A program made the translations under genes and the position numbers. The notes under the pieces were generated by a model, which had not been told where the DNA came from, searched no databases, and saw only the letters and a list, made by a program, of their open reading frames with translations. From a virus: a stretch of 64,000 bases of DNA. The DNA lies in IMG/VR virus record IMGVR_UViG_3300021406_000010, positions 102,489-166,488 of that record; one strand, given 5' to 3'. Positions 30,110 to 39,580 of this stretch are shown piece by piece; within the stretch, counting starts at the first letter, position 1; every line of letters begins with the position of its first letter.

Positions 30110-31012
30110 CTACGGGATGGCGGTCACCGTGAAGGCCGATCCGACTCCCGGGGGGCTGGGCTGCAGGGTGACGGCGCCGGAGGGGGTGCCGTCCTGGGTG
30201 CCGATGTACTCCCGCAGGTTCTCCGCGTTCAGCGTCAGGCGCGAGTTGGTGCCGCCCGCCTTCAGCTGCGGCGCCAGGAGCTGGGTGAGGCCGTCGCGGG
30301 TGAAGGCGGCCAGGGTGCCGCCCGCCAGCAGGCTGGCGTCCGCGCCGCTCGTGGTGTCGGTGCCGACGCCGAACTGGTGGAAGCGGACGTTCGGCCCGAA
30401 CAGGGACAGGCCGCTGAAGCCGAGGGCGTTGCCCGGCTCGGTGTCCCCCGCCACGAAGGCGATCTCGTTGAGGAAGGTGCTGTCGTGGATCTCCATGTAG
30501 TACTTCTGGCCGGCCGGGACGCAGAAGATGCCAGCCCCGTCGGGGATGGGCTTCAGGTTAGCGGGCGGCAGCGGCACTCCGGGCGCCCCGGTAAACGTCA
30601 GTCCCTCCTCCAGCGTCCACTGGTCAGACTGGGCACCGCCGTCGGCGCAGGTGCCGGGGTGCACGGTGTCGTCCCATACCAGGCCAAGGCCGACAGTGTC
30701 ACTGGGGATGTTGGATACCGCCTGCAGGACGCCGCCGACGGCGATGGTGTCGGCGGGGACGCTGGCCGGCTCATCGGGCGCCACCACGTTCCAGCGGACG
30801 TCGTTGAAGGCCTTCAGCCCGTTGTTGACCCCCGCGTACCCGGCCAGGTTCTGCGACCAGGCCGGGGTCCCCACCACGGACGCGCTCGCCGTGCCGATCA
30901 GGGCCACCGCCCCGACCGTGACGGCAGCGGCGGCGGCGAGGAAGATCACCATGCTGACGATGCCGGCCAGCGCGTTCCGGAAGGCCCGCCTCAGGAGCCT
31001 CTTGGCAATCAC
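30110..31012 (-). CDS. secreted protein, possibly G1 peptidase-like fold
   Basis: Signal-peptide-like N-terminus; WSQNLAGYA and C-terminal PS...SAFTVT motifs. Confidence 0.6.
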   Translation of the reverse strand: MIAKRLLRRAFRNALAGIVSMVIFLAAAAAVTVGAVALIGTASASVVGTPAWSQNLAGYAGVNNGLKAFNDVRWNVVAPDEPASVPADTIAVGGVLQAVSNIPSDTVGLGLVWDDTVHPGTCADGGAQSDQWTLEEGLTFTGAPGVPLPPANLKPIPDGAGIFCVPAGQKYYMEIHDSTFLNEIAFVAGDTEPGNALGFSGLSLFGPNVRFHQFGVGTDTTSGADASLLAGGTLAAFTRDGLTQLLAPQLKAGGTNSRLTLNAENLREYIGTQDGTPSGAVTLQPSPPGVGSAFTVTAIP

Positions 31013-31100
31013 CTGTCATTACCTCCCTGTAGGATGCGCCCCCTGCGGGGCACGCTGGCCAAGCCTAGCGAGAGGGGGGCATGGCGGGCGACGGCGAGTT

Positions 31101-31511
31101 CTATCCGTGACCTTCCTTGCCATCGGCTATAGGTCCGGCACTGGCGGTCACCCCACGGCCTTCCGCGATCCTTTCCAGGGCCAGGCGCCCTTCGGCAATG
31201 CGGGCGCGGTACCGGCCTGGGCCGTCGCACCCGTCGGGGAGGTCACCCTGGCCCGCGAGCCGGACGAGGGCCTCGTGCACCGGGCAGCGGAACAGCTCGC
31301 CGCCCAGCCGCTCGCGCAGCGGGTGCTGGACGGCGAACCCGTCCCCACTGATGACGACGACGTCGAGGTGCTCCTGGCTGGACAGGATCTTCTGGGCGGC
31401 TCCCCGGTCGGGGCACAGGGGGGCCAGGCACTCGATGAGGCCTCCCGCCATGAGGTGCAGGGCTTGGCCGCAGCCCATGGGGCAGTACGCGCCGCTGATG
31501 TCGCGGATCAT
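31101..31511 (-). CDS. DUF6085-like protein
   Basis: YCPMGCGQ.L...C....CP...HPLRERL...LF.C motif; leaderless TAAGAT-7nt-ATG. Confidence 0.7.
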   Translation of the reverse strand: MIRDISGAYCPMGCGQALHLMAGGLIECLAPLCPDRGAAQKILSSQEHLDVVVISGDGFAVQHPLRERLGGELFRCPVHEALVRLAGQGDLPDGCDGPGRYRARIAEGRLALERIAEGRGVTASAGPIADGKEGHG

Positions 31512-31901
31512 GGCAATGATCTTAACCATGACGATGAACAGTAACCGCCTTTCCCTCATGGCGGCTACCGTCGCCTCGTTCACGTCCCGCATCGGGTGCG
31601 GGACGTGCCGGGTGGCGATGACGTGCTCCAGGAGGGAAGCGGCCATGGCGGCCGGGGTCTGGCAGTCAATCCACGCGCCGCATGGTCGTGCCCAGTTCCT
31701 GCCGGTGACGGTGCGGGCGCTCACGTGGGCGGTGCACATCAGGACGGTGTCCTCGTAGCACTGGCCGATGGCCAGCGGCCATTCGGCCATGTCGGTCACC
31801 CGGATGACCTCGCACTCAGCGCGGATGAGGTCCTGCTCTTGCGGGGTCATCTCACGGCCCGCCAGGTTGGCGAGGTGAATGGTGTCCTGGATGCCGATCA
31901 C
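31512..31901 (-). CDS. hypothetical protein (reads in frame into DUF6085-like gene; stop possibly lost)
   Basis: N-terminal half of ORF 31101..31901. Confidence 0.45.
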
Positions 31902-32069
31902 CAGCTCATCATGCCAGGGAACGGAGATGGCCCCCGCCGTTCTCGGGCCGAAAGCGCGGGGGCCATAACAAGGAAGCCTACATCGTCGTGGTCACGCTGG
32001 CAAGCCGTGGCGCTGCGGAGGGTGACTAGCCAGCCCGAGACATACGTCATCCGGGCATAAAATCGCCCC

Positions 32070-32249
32070 TCATGCCCACCCCGCGTCCAGCTCGAGCATG
32101 GTGAGGATGATCGTGTCACGGTCCAGGTGCCCGGCCTCGCGGTAGAGCCGGGACCGGCGCTCCAGCTCCTCCGGCGGCAGTGGCTTCACGAACGGGCCGA
32201 GGGCGCGCAGGCAGTCCTCGGGGGAGGGGCCGTCATCCGGCGTGGTCAT
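32070..32249 (-). CDS. hypothetical protein
   Basis: Small ORF in coupled accessory operon. Confidence 0.5.
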   Translation of the reverse strand: MTTPDDGPSPEDCLRALGPFVKPLPPEELERRSRLYREAGHLDRDTIILTMLELDAGWA

Positions 32250-32481
32250 CGCACAGCCCCTGGACACACTTGTGGCGGGGGTCGCCGGGCGGCAGCAGGG
32301 CGAGCCGCATGACCTCCGCCCAGCCTTCGGGCGCCGGCTGGTCGGCTGCCGACACCCTCCGCCAGGACAGGGCCGCCACGCAGGTCACGTCGTTGCACAC
32401 CCGCAACCCGGCCCGGTGCTTGTCCGGGTCCAGTACCCACTCCGCGTCGGGAGTGTCGGGCAGCTCAACCTCGATGATCAT
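32233..32481 (-). CDS. hypothetical protein
   Basis: GGAGG RBS, ATGA coupling. Confidence 0.55.
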   Translation of the reverse strand: MIIEVELPDTPDAEWVLDPDKHRAGLRVCNDVTCVAALSWRRVSAADQPAPEGWAEVMRLALLPPGDPRHKCVQGLCDDHAG

Positions 32482-32774
32482 CTTGCCTCCTGCGGCATCA
32501 GCCGACGGTACTCGGCCTCGTGCAGCATTTCCAGCGTCGGGTAGCCGAACGCCTCGATGTTCATGTCCCATAGCGCGATCCTGTCCTGGAGCCGCTTCAG
32601 GGCCGACAGGCACGGCGGGCATAGCCTGAACGTCCCGGCGTTCGCGCCGGGCCACAGGTCCCACTCCGGCCTGGGGCGGGTCGCGGTGACCTCGCAGCAG
32701 TCCCGGCCATCGCAGGTCCCGGGGTGCCCCCATGCATCGCAGGCGCACTGGCAGAGGCGCTCAGGCGCCGACAC
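32478..32774 (-). CDS. Cys-rich hypothetical protein
   Basis: 98 aa, CQCAC...CPPC. Confidence 0.6.
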   Translation of the reverse strand: MSAPERLCQCACDAWGHPGTCDGRDCCEVTATRPRPEWDLWPGANAGTFRLCPPCLSALKRLQDRIALWDMNIEAFGYPTLEMLHEAEYRRLMPQEAR

Positions 32775-33069
32775 TTACGGTCACCGCCCTCCGGTAGCCG
32801 TGGGCGGACGGCGGGCAGTTCATGTCGGGCCTGACCGTCAGCCAGAAGCCGCCGTCCATCTCGGCCCCGAAAGCGCAGCAGCCCTCGCCGTCCCAGCCGT
32901 GGCAGAGCCACCAGTCCCCGGCCGCCTCATAGCGCATCGGGCCGTGCACGGCGCAGCGCGGGACCGGCAGGACGCGCACGCTGCCAGCGGCCAGGACGGG
33001 ATCGGGCGGGATGGGCTTGGCGAAGGCTGCATGCACCTCAGGGCTGGCAAAGAAGTCGGCATCTGGCAC
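32761..33069 (-). CDS. hypothetical protein (C..HG.M...W.C.GWDGEGC family; paralog of 52556..52786)
   Basis: GWDGEGC motif shared with 52556..52786. Confidence 0.65.
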   Translation of the reverse strand: MPDADFFASPEVHAAFAKPIPPDPVLAAGSVRVLPVPRCAVHGPMRYEAAGDWWLCHGWDGEGCCAFGAEMDGGFWLTVRPDMNCPPSAHGYRRAVTVSVGA

Positions 33070-33108
33070 CCTTCGATCTTGCCATGCTGCCGTCCGGGAC
33101 AGCTCCTG

Positions 33109-34016
33109 TCAGTACCAGGTCTCCAGCGCGCCCACATACGTGGACGCGCCGCAACACTCCCTGCTATTCTAGTCGGGGCGTATCTGCCATAACTGCCGCC
33201 GCTCACTAGTACACGAGGATTGCCGGCCATGATATGGCGGATCTTGAAGACGTCCAGCAGCCCCTTGAGATCGGCTTCCTCGTCCTTGATGACCTGCCGC
33301 CACCGGTCGGCGTAGTCGCGGCGGTCCAGCCGGGCCACCGGCGGGCCGGACATCATCGGCTGCTCGGTGTAGGACCGGACCAGCTGCCGGCAGCACTCCG
33401 TGTAGGACCAGCTGGCCAGCAGGCCGCCCCACAGCGCGACCGGGTACATCGGGCCCGAGATCCCGTCGAGGGTGTAGTTGCTCCACGGCTGGGCGGAGGC
33501 GTTGATCTTGGACAGCGCGATGGCCGCCATCTGGGCCATCCGGCCCCGGGACCAGTGCGCCTGGAAGTAGGACTGCAGGTTGGGGCCGCCGCCCGCGCTG
33601 TCGAACGCGTCCCGGAACCGGGACCACACCTGGGCCTCCAGGAAGTCCTGCATGGCGGGCGGCAGCGCGTCCCAGGACGGGTTGGCGGGGCCGATTTCCA
33701 GGTAGGACGCGTACTGCTGCGGCACTCCGCCGATCGCGTAGGACCAGTCCAGCTCCGCGTATCCGACATACTGCGTCTGGGCGCTGGTGGGGGTGATGAC
33801 GTAGGTGCCGGACCCCTCGCGGGTCGCGGCGGCCGACCCCAGCCCGGTGACCGTCCCGTCGGGGTTGCCCAGCACCAGCTGGCCGGCGACCGCAGAGCCG
33901 TCCGGGTCGGCGAGGACGCCGCCGATGTAGGTGAGCAGGGTCAGCGCGGGAGCGGAGAACTGGGAGACGTACGTCCGCTCGCGCCAGTCGATCAGGCCAG
34001 GGTCGGTGACCGTCAC
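33109..34016 (-). CDS. head-tail connector/neck protein; frame break just before natural stop
   Basis: GTGA-coupled start; RFRDAFDS.GGGPNL...RLDRRDY.DRW motifs; ends RW-Y-stop if 8 nt are removed. Confidence 0.7.
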
Positions 34017-34672
34017 AGGGAGTTTCCGGACGTGTACGCCATCAGCAGGGCAATGACCTTCATGCCGGTCACGCCGATCGCCGTCGGGTAACTGGACGAC
34101 ACGGTGACCGTGCCGCCGATCTTGTGCTGGCCGGGCAGGACGGACGGGATGACGGCCATCGACACGGCCTCTATTCCCAGGCTGAGGCCTGAGTCCCCGG
34201 GAGTGCCGGCGAAGCGGATCCCCTCGGGGAAGCCGCCCATCTGCTGGTTGACGCCGTCGAAGCTGATCTGCTGGTTGGCGCCCTGCGTCTTGTTGTTGGG
34301 GCAGGTGTAGGAGCCGGTCAGCCAGATGGCCAGCGAGGACGCCCTGGGGGTGCTGACGGTGAGGACGTTGTAGGAGCCGGACGACCCGGGGCTGACGGAG
34401 GAGTTGACGAGGGCGCCGCCGGCGAAGCCGGGGGCGGAGTCCCGCAGGTCGGCCCATCCGGTCCCGGTCCAGTAGGTGAGCTGCTTGGCGTCGGTGAGGA
34501 AGGCGAGCCGCCCCGCCTGGGCCGCCCCCCACGCAGGACGGGTGGCTGACGTGCAGATGAACACGCCGGGGTTGGCGTCGAGGATGCCCAGGTTGCCGGT
34601 GAAGTCCGACAGCTGGAAGGGGTCCGTGGGCTGGTTGAGCTTCAGGCCGAGGACCGTGCTGAATGTGGCGAT
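34013..34672 (-). CDS. fibre-like virion protein with probable ATC start
   Basis: AGGAGG-5nt-ATC; N-terminus ATFSTVLGLKLNQPTDPF...GNLGILDA resembles common fibre N-terminal motif. Confidence 0.7.
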   Translation of the reverse strand: MATFSTVLGLKLNQPTDPFQLSDFTGNLGILDANPGVFICTSATRPAWGAAQAGRLAFLTDAKQLTYWTGTGWADLRDSAPGFAGGALVNSSVSPGSSGSYNVLTVSTPRASSLAIWLTGSYTCPNNKTQGANQQISFDGVNQQMGGFPEGIRFAGTPGDSGLSLGIEAVSMAVIPSVLPGQHKIGGTVTVSSSYPTAIGVTGMKVIALLMAYTSGNSL

Positions 34673-34673
34673 G

Positions 34674-37019
34674 TCAGCCTCCTAGCCCGGTTCCTGCCTT
34701 GATGGTGCCTGCTGGGGTGTATATCGGGTTCACGGTATTTGCCGGGTCGAGGGAGCCGGTGCCGGTCGTGATGGACCCCTCGTGTCCGGGCTGCGCCTCG
34801 TTGTAGTTCAGCGGCACCACGTACCCCGAGTAGGCGCTCCACGGGCCGAGGCCCAGCTGGTTGCCCGCCGCCACCCGGAACCGGTACCCCTGGCTGTAGG
34901 GGGTGGTGCCGTCCGGGCGGTAGATGACCGGCGTGTTGGGGGTCAGGCCCTGCGTGAAGGTCGCCGATATGGAGGCCGGGTCCGCCCCCCACCAGTACTC
35001 GGCCACGATGGAGTCCCCCGCCGCCGCGTTCACGGACCCGGCGGCGAGGGCGATCTGGTACTGCGCCCACGGGCCGGTGCCCACCTGGGCGATGGTGTAG
35101 TCGTACCCGTACTCCAGCACCTGCGCGTCGGCCTGCAAGGGGTCGGCCTCGCCGCCGGCGATCTCGCCGCTGGCGAGGACCGACTGGGCAGACGAGGTGA
35201 GGTCACGGACGACCACCTGGCCGGGCGGGGTGATGACGCCGGACTTGCTGGTGGTCGCCAGGGTGGTGTTCAGGGCGGGGGGCGCGGCGCCCGTCGAGGT
35301 GGGCGGCGCGGTGAGGGTGAGGTTCGTCGCGATGGCCGTCGGCGATCCTGCTGCCTGCTGCCGGGTGTAGGTGCTGCCGCCGACCTGGGTGACGTAGGCG
35401 TACCAGCCGGTAGCCGTGCCGCTGGCGGCCGGGGAGGTGATGACCATGTTGTCGGTGGCCGTCACCGTGACCGAGGTGGACGCCGAGCCGACCGACTCCC
35501 CGTTGGCGTTCACGTAGGTGACGATCACCTTGTACACGCCGCCGGCCAGGGTGGACCCGGAACCGGTGTTGCCGGTGACAGTGGGGGCCGCCGGGGCGGC
35601 GATGGCGGCGGCGAGCAGGGTGAGGGCGTCAGCCTGGTACGTGGGCTGGCCGGTGACCGACCCGCCGGACGGGGACGGCTGGCCGTAGTTGGCGGGCTGC
35701 CCGGTGGCGGGCACCCACATGGTGCCAAGGTCCTGGCACTGCAACAGGTAGTACTGCACCGGGGCCAGCCCGGCGGGCGGCTGCCAGGTGACCGTCGCGC
35801 CCCGGTTGACCGCCACCGCGCTCGTCATGACGGGGGCGCCCGGCACCGAGGACGGCGCGTTGGAGTCCCAGTAGGTGGCGTCGCCCCAGGAGTAGGCGAT
35901 GGACACGCTATTGCCGCTGGCGAAGTGGGCCGCCACGATGGGCGTGACGTACGCGACGGTGGTAGGGCCGTTCCCGGCCGTGGTCACGGTGTAGTCGGTG
36001 CCCAGCACCATCAGGGTGGACGTAGTGGTGTTGGTCACCACGATGGTGCTCGCGACGACGCCCTGCTGGGACAGGTAGTCGGGCACCCCGGGGAGGTCGG
36101 CGGCGAAGGCGTCAACCTGGGACTGCAGGGCCGTCGGGGCGGCGGGAGCCCCCGAGTAGCTGGTGTCGGCGACGATGGCCGGGTAGGCCGAGTTGAGCAG
36201 CGTCGGGGTGGCGTTGACCTGGTTGCCGAGGATGTCGGTCAGCGTCGTGTCCTTGACCCCCGCCGCGACCCCCGCCGACGGGGCGCGGTACGCGTTGGGG
36301 GACGGGAACATCGCCGGGACGAGGTTCCCCCCGGCCCCGGCGATGGTGTCCAGGGTCCCCGACAGGTAGTTGGTCGAGGGGGCGAAGGTCTCCGGCAGCT
36401 GGCCGCCGTAGGCGGACTCGGTGTCGGGCGCCCCAAGTGGCCAGCCGGTCGTCCCGGGGACGGTGTCGGTGACGGCGTACTCGCTGCCCGGGGCGCCGGT
36501 CTCGCTGGAGGACTGGGCGCCGGCGGCAGGGTCGGTCAGCGACCCGCCGGCGGCCTGGTCCCCGATGCCCGCCACGGTGGAGCCGGTGGTCGGGTCGACG
36601 GACGCGAACCCGGCGGTCCCGGGGGGAGCGGAGGTGGTCCCGGCGGGCTGGCCCTGGAAGTCCCCGGCCGCGTACCCGGGGTCGGGAATGGTGCCGTACC
36701 TGTAGGTGACCCGGCAGGAGTCGCCGCTGGACGCGCCGCCGGTGGAGACCCAGGTGACGGAGTAGGTGAGCGTCTCCCCCGCTCCGCTGGCGGTGAGCTT
36801 GTAGTCGGTGCCGAGGGCAAGGGCCTTGGAGGCGGTCACGTCGTAGACGGCGATGACGTCCGCCGTCGGGGTCGCCCCGGCCGCCTCCTGGGACGGGTAG
36901 GAGGTGATCGCCGTCTTGCTCAGGGGGGACGGCGTCGCCGTCAGCGTGATGACGTCGGTCTGCGTGACGACGCCCTCGGCGACCACGCCGAAGAAGTCGG
37001 GAGTGGAAGGGGTGGTCAT
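34674..37019 (-). CDS. large virion protein with FN3/Ig-like domains
   Basis: 781 aa; VPGAP..ATVTWQPP and YRFRVAAGN.LG.GPWS FN3 motifs; LGTDY repeats. Confidence 0.8.
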   Translation of the reverse strand: MTTPSTPDFFGVVAEGVVTQTDVITLTATPSPLSKTAITSYPSQEAAGATPTADVIAVYDVTASKALALGTDYKLTASGAGETLTYSVTWVSTGGASSGDSCRVTYRYGTIPDPGYAAGDFQGQPAGTTSAPPGTAGFASVDPTTGSTVAGIGDQAAGGSLTDPAAGAQSSSETGAPGSEYAVTDTVPGTTGWPLGAPDTESAYGGQLPETFAPSTNYLSGTLDTIAGAGGNLVPAMFPSPNAYRAPSAGVAAGVKDTTLTDILGNQVNATPTLLNSAYPAIVADTSYSGAPAAPTALQSQVDAFAADLPGVPDYLSQQGVVASTIVVTNTTTSTLMVLGTDYTVTTAGNGPTTVAYVTPIVAAHFASGNSVSIAYSWGDATYWDSNAPSSVPGAPVMTSAVAVNRGATVTWQPPAGLAPVQYYLLQCQDLGTMWVPATGQPANYGQPSPSGGSVTGQPTYQADALTLLAAAIAAPAAPTVTGNTGSGSTLAGGVYKVIVTYVNANGESVGSASTSVTVTATDNMVITSPAASGTATGWYAYVTQVGGSTYTRQQAAGSPTAIATNLTLTAPPTSTGAAPPALNTTLATTSKSGVITPPGQVVVRDLTSSAQSVLASGEIAGGEADPLQADAQVLEYGYDYTIAQVGTGPWAQYQIALAAGSVNAAAGDSIVAEYWWGADPASISATFTQGLTPNTPVIYRPDGTTPYSQGYRFRVAAGNQLGLGPWSAYSGYVVPLNYNEAQPGHEGSITTGTGSLDPANTVNPIYTPAGTIKAGTGLGG

Positions 37020-37441
37020 CCTGCGCTCCGGTCGGCTGTCTCGTCAACGGTCACCATGGGGCCGAGGCTGGCCGCCAGGGCGCGGAACGGCGCGCTGTGG
37101 TCGCGCGTCCTGACCTCGCCGGTGCGCGGGTCGACCTCCATTCCCGCCTCTTCCAGGGCGAGGCGGGCGCGCTCGGCGGCGGCGGCCACCCGGTTGCGGT
37201 CGCCGTCGGGGTCCCCCCGGTTCACGGTGAGGCCCGGGGAGGTCTGCACGATGTTGGCGGACACCGCCTCGTCGAGGGGGTCCATCCCGCGAAGCGCCCA
37301 CGCCAGGTCCCCGGCCCGCGCGATGTCGAACGCCGAGGTGACGCCGCTCAGCTGGGCGTGCGGGGCGTCTGACCCGGCGGTGTCCGAGGTGTCGTAGGTG
37401 CCCGTCATCGCCGACAGGTCGCGGGCGCCGTGGTAGGGCAC
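37016..37441 (-). CDS. hypothetical virion-region protein
   Basis: 141 aa, between coupled genes. Confidence 0.6.
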   Translation of the reverse strand: MPYHGARDLSAMTGTYDTSDTAGSDAPHAQLSGVTSAFDIARAGDLAWALRGMDPLDEAVSANIVQTSPGLTVNRGDPDGDRNRVAAAAERARLALEEAGMEVDPRTGEVRTRDHSAPFRALAASLGPMVTVDETADRSAG

Positions 37442-37442
37442 G

Positions 37443-37967
37443 TCAGGCCTCGAGCACCCAGGGGCCGTCGCCCCTCTTGACGCAGCGGGCGGACAGCTGC
37501 CGGTGCCGGTCGCACAGCGGCGGCCTGCCCGCCTGCTCCAGCTCCTTGACCGGCACCTGCTCGCCGCACGCCAGGCCGTCGCGGGCGCCGGGGCCGATGC
37601 ACATGGCCACGATGATGTCGGCCGCGTGCGGGGCCTCCATGGACTCCCGGGCGGCCGTCTCCTGGGCCGCGTTCCGGCGCCGGAACGCGTCCGTCTGCTT
37701 GGCCATGGCCGCGACCACCACCGGGTGGTCATCGCCCTCCACCACCTCGAAGATGCCCTGCCGCAGCGCCCTGGCGAACTGCGGGGTGCGCAGCAGCGCC
37801 TCCGGGATCGGCTGGACGTCCTCCCCGTCGGGGTGCCCGCGCCCCTGGAAGAGGATCTCGTAGTTACGGCGCGCGTCGGCCGCGATGGTGGTGGGGCCGG
37901 ACATCATGTTGCGGCACATGACGGTCGCCGTGTCCAGGAACCCGGGCGGGGCGTAATCGGTAGTCAC
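37443..37967 (-). CDS. conserved head-region protein
   Basis: 174 aa; RN..GPT...W/F.G.G.P.GED.Q motif; C-terminal C..C..PPLC..H. Confidence 0.7.
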   Translation of the reverse strand: MTTDYAPPGFLDTATVMCRNMMSGPTTIAADARRNYEILFQGRGHPDGEDVQPIPEALLRTPQFARALRQGIFEVVEGDDHPVVVAAMAKQTDAFRRRNAAQETAARESMEAPHAADIIVAMCIGPGARDGLACGEQVPVKELEQAGRPPLCDRHRQLSARCVKRGDGPWVLEA

Positions 37968-37997
37968 TGGGCCTCCTGCCCCTTCCGGGGCAGCGGG

Positions 37998-38858
37998 TCA
38001 GCACCCGGGGGAGGCGAACAGGAACAGCCAGCGGCCCCGCGCGGCCGAGTAGCGGAACACCAGCTGGTCGGCGACCCCCGGGGTGGCCGACAGCACCGGG
38101 TGCCCCTGGGTGCCGAAGGAGTAGCCGCCAGCCCCGGTGGTGTTCACCGACGGCGCGGCGGCCCCGGTCCAGGTTGGCGGGGCCGCCAGGATCAGCGGGA
38201 CCCCGGGGAGGGACGGCGAGCCTGGTGGCTGCTGCCGGGTGTAGGACGATCCCCCGGCCTGCGTCGAGTAGGCGTACCAGCCGGCGGCGGAGTACGCGGC
38301 GGGCGGCGGCGGGACGGTGATCACCGACGCGGCGCCGGTGGTGGTGACCGGGGCCGAGACCGACGCGGCGGTCTCCCCGGTGGCGTTCACGGTGGTCACC
38401 GCGAGCCGGTAGGTGCCCGCCGCGACCGTGCCGCCCGACGGCGCGAAGGAGGGCGCGGGCGCGGGCGGGACGGCGAGCGGGCCGGGGAAGACCGCCGTCC
38501 AGGGGCCGCCGGAGAGGGGCTGGCCCAGCTCGAAGGAGGCCCACTGCCCGTCCGACGGGCCGGCGGGGAGGCCCATCACCCGGTTCCCGCCAAGGGTCAC
38601 CCGAAAGTCATTGCCGAGGAGCGCGCTCACCGCGATCACCGGGGCGTCGGCCAGCGGGACCACCGCCGGGGAGGCCGCCCCGGACATCGCGCCGCCCGCC
38701 AGCCGCAGGTACCGGGCGTCCAGCTGCGGCAGGCTCAGATCCCCCGCCTGGACCGCCGCGACCAGCCAGGAAAGGGCGTCGGAGATCTGGGCGTGGGCCT
38801 GGACGTGCCCGGTCTGCCCGGCGGCGGGGGTGTCGGGCGGGATCAGGGGTGTCGTCAC
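37998..38858 (-). CDS. accessory virion protein with inserted Ig/FN3-like module
   Basis: 286 aa; AGGAGG RBS; LDARYLRLAGGAMSG and GNDFRVTLGGNR motifs. Confidence 0.7.
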   Translation of the reverse strand: MTTPLIPPDTPAAGQTGHVQAHAQISDALSWLVAAVQAGDLSLPQLDARYLRLAGGAMSGAASPAVVPLADAPVIAVSALLGNDFRVTLGGNRVMGLPAGPSDGQWASFELGQPLSGGPWTAVFPGPLAVPPAPAPSFAPSGGTVAAGTYRLAVTTVNATGETAASVSAPVTTTGAASVITVPPPPAAYSAAGWYAYSTQAGGSSYTRQQPPGSPSLPGVPLILAAPPTWTGAAAPSVNTTGAGGYSFGTQGHPVLSATPGVADQLVFRYSAARGRWLFLFASPGC

Positions 38859-38903
38859 GCTGGCCTCCTGCCCCTTCCGGGCAGCGCCAGGGAGGGGGAA
38901 GGG

Positions 38904-39093
38904 CTAACCGGCGGCGCGGGGATTCCCCTAGCAGCCTCCGGACCTCCGTCTCCCGGTACCGCCGGTGCCCTCCCAGCGTGCGGATGGACGTGAGCTTCCC
39001 GGCCTTCGCCCACCGCGTGACCGTCTTGGGGTCGACGCGGAACATCGTGGCAACCTCGGCGGGGGTCAGCAGCGGCTCGGCGATGGGCGGCAC
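38904..39093 (-). CDS. bldC: BldC family MerR-like DNA-binding protein (3' end affected by probable 1-nt indel)
   Basis: EPLLTPAEVATMFRVDPKTVTRWAKAGKLTSIRTLGGHRRYRETEVR is nearly identical to actinomycete BldC. Confidence 0.9.
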
Positions 39094-39169
39094 GGGGGTC
39101 CTTCCGGAGGGCGCGGGGGCCTGGCGGGGAGATTCTATGACTTTCCGGGGCAACTGGCAGCCAATTGCC

Positions 39170-39502
39170 CTATCCCGGGATAACGGGCGGCATGGTGATG
39201 ACGCCTGACTGGGTCGTGAACGGCAGGTCGAGGGCGACCACGACCATCTGCACCAGGACGTAGGACTGCCGGGTGGCCGCGTCCAGGTCGTCCCAGCGGG
39301 CGACCAGCGGGCGGGTTGCCCGCCACGCATCGTGGACGTCCCGGGGCAGCAGGCCGCGCCGGGCGCCGGCCACCGCATGGCGGTACCACTCCTGCTGGGC
39401 GGCTGACAGCAGCGCCCAGCAGGAGTCACGGGGCAGCCCTGACTCGGAGCGAAACTGGGACACGGCAGCGTGGCATATGCGCGCGAGTGGTTCGGTACTG
39501 AT
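39170..39502 (-). CDS. RyR-domain-like phage protein (start uncertain)
   Basis: LARICHAA...W...HDAW...PLVARWDDL motif. Confidence 0.55.
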   Translation of the reverse strand: MSTEPLARICHAAVSQFRSESGLPRDSCWALLSAAQQEWYRHAVAGARRGLLPRDVHDAWRATRPLVARWDDLDAATRQSYVLVQMVVVALDLPFTTQSGVITMPPVIPG

Positions 39503-39580
39503 GAGAATTCCCCGAGTGGCGGTAGTGACTGGCAGCACTCCCAGGAGGCCATCCCATGGTACTAAGCCTGCCGACGGCCG

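Noticed and set aside
38608-39552. 314-aa ORF as a long BldC fusion
   Set aside because: Flanks overlap other genes; removing one base in a homopolymer run near 38920 yields a normal-length BldC ending at TAG 38904.
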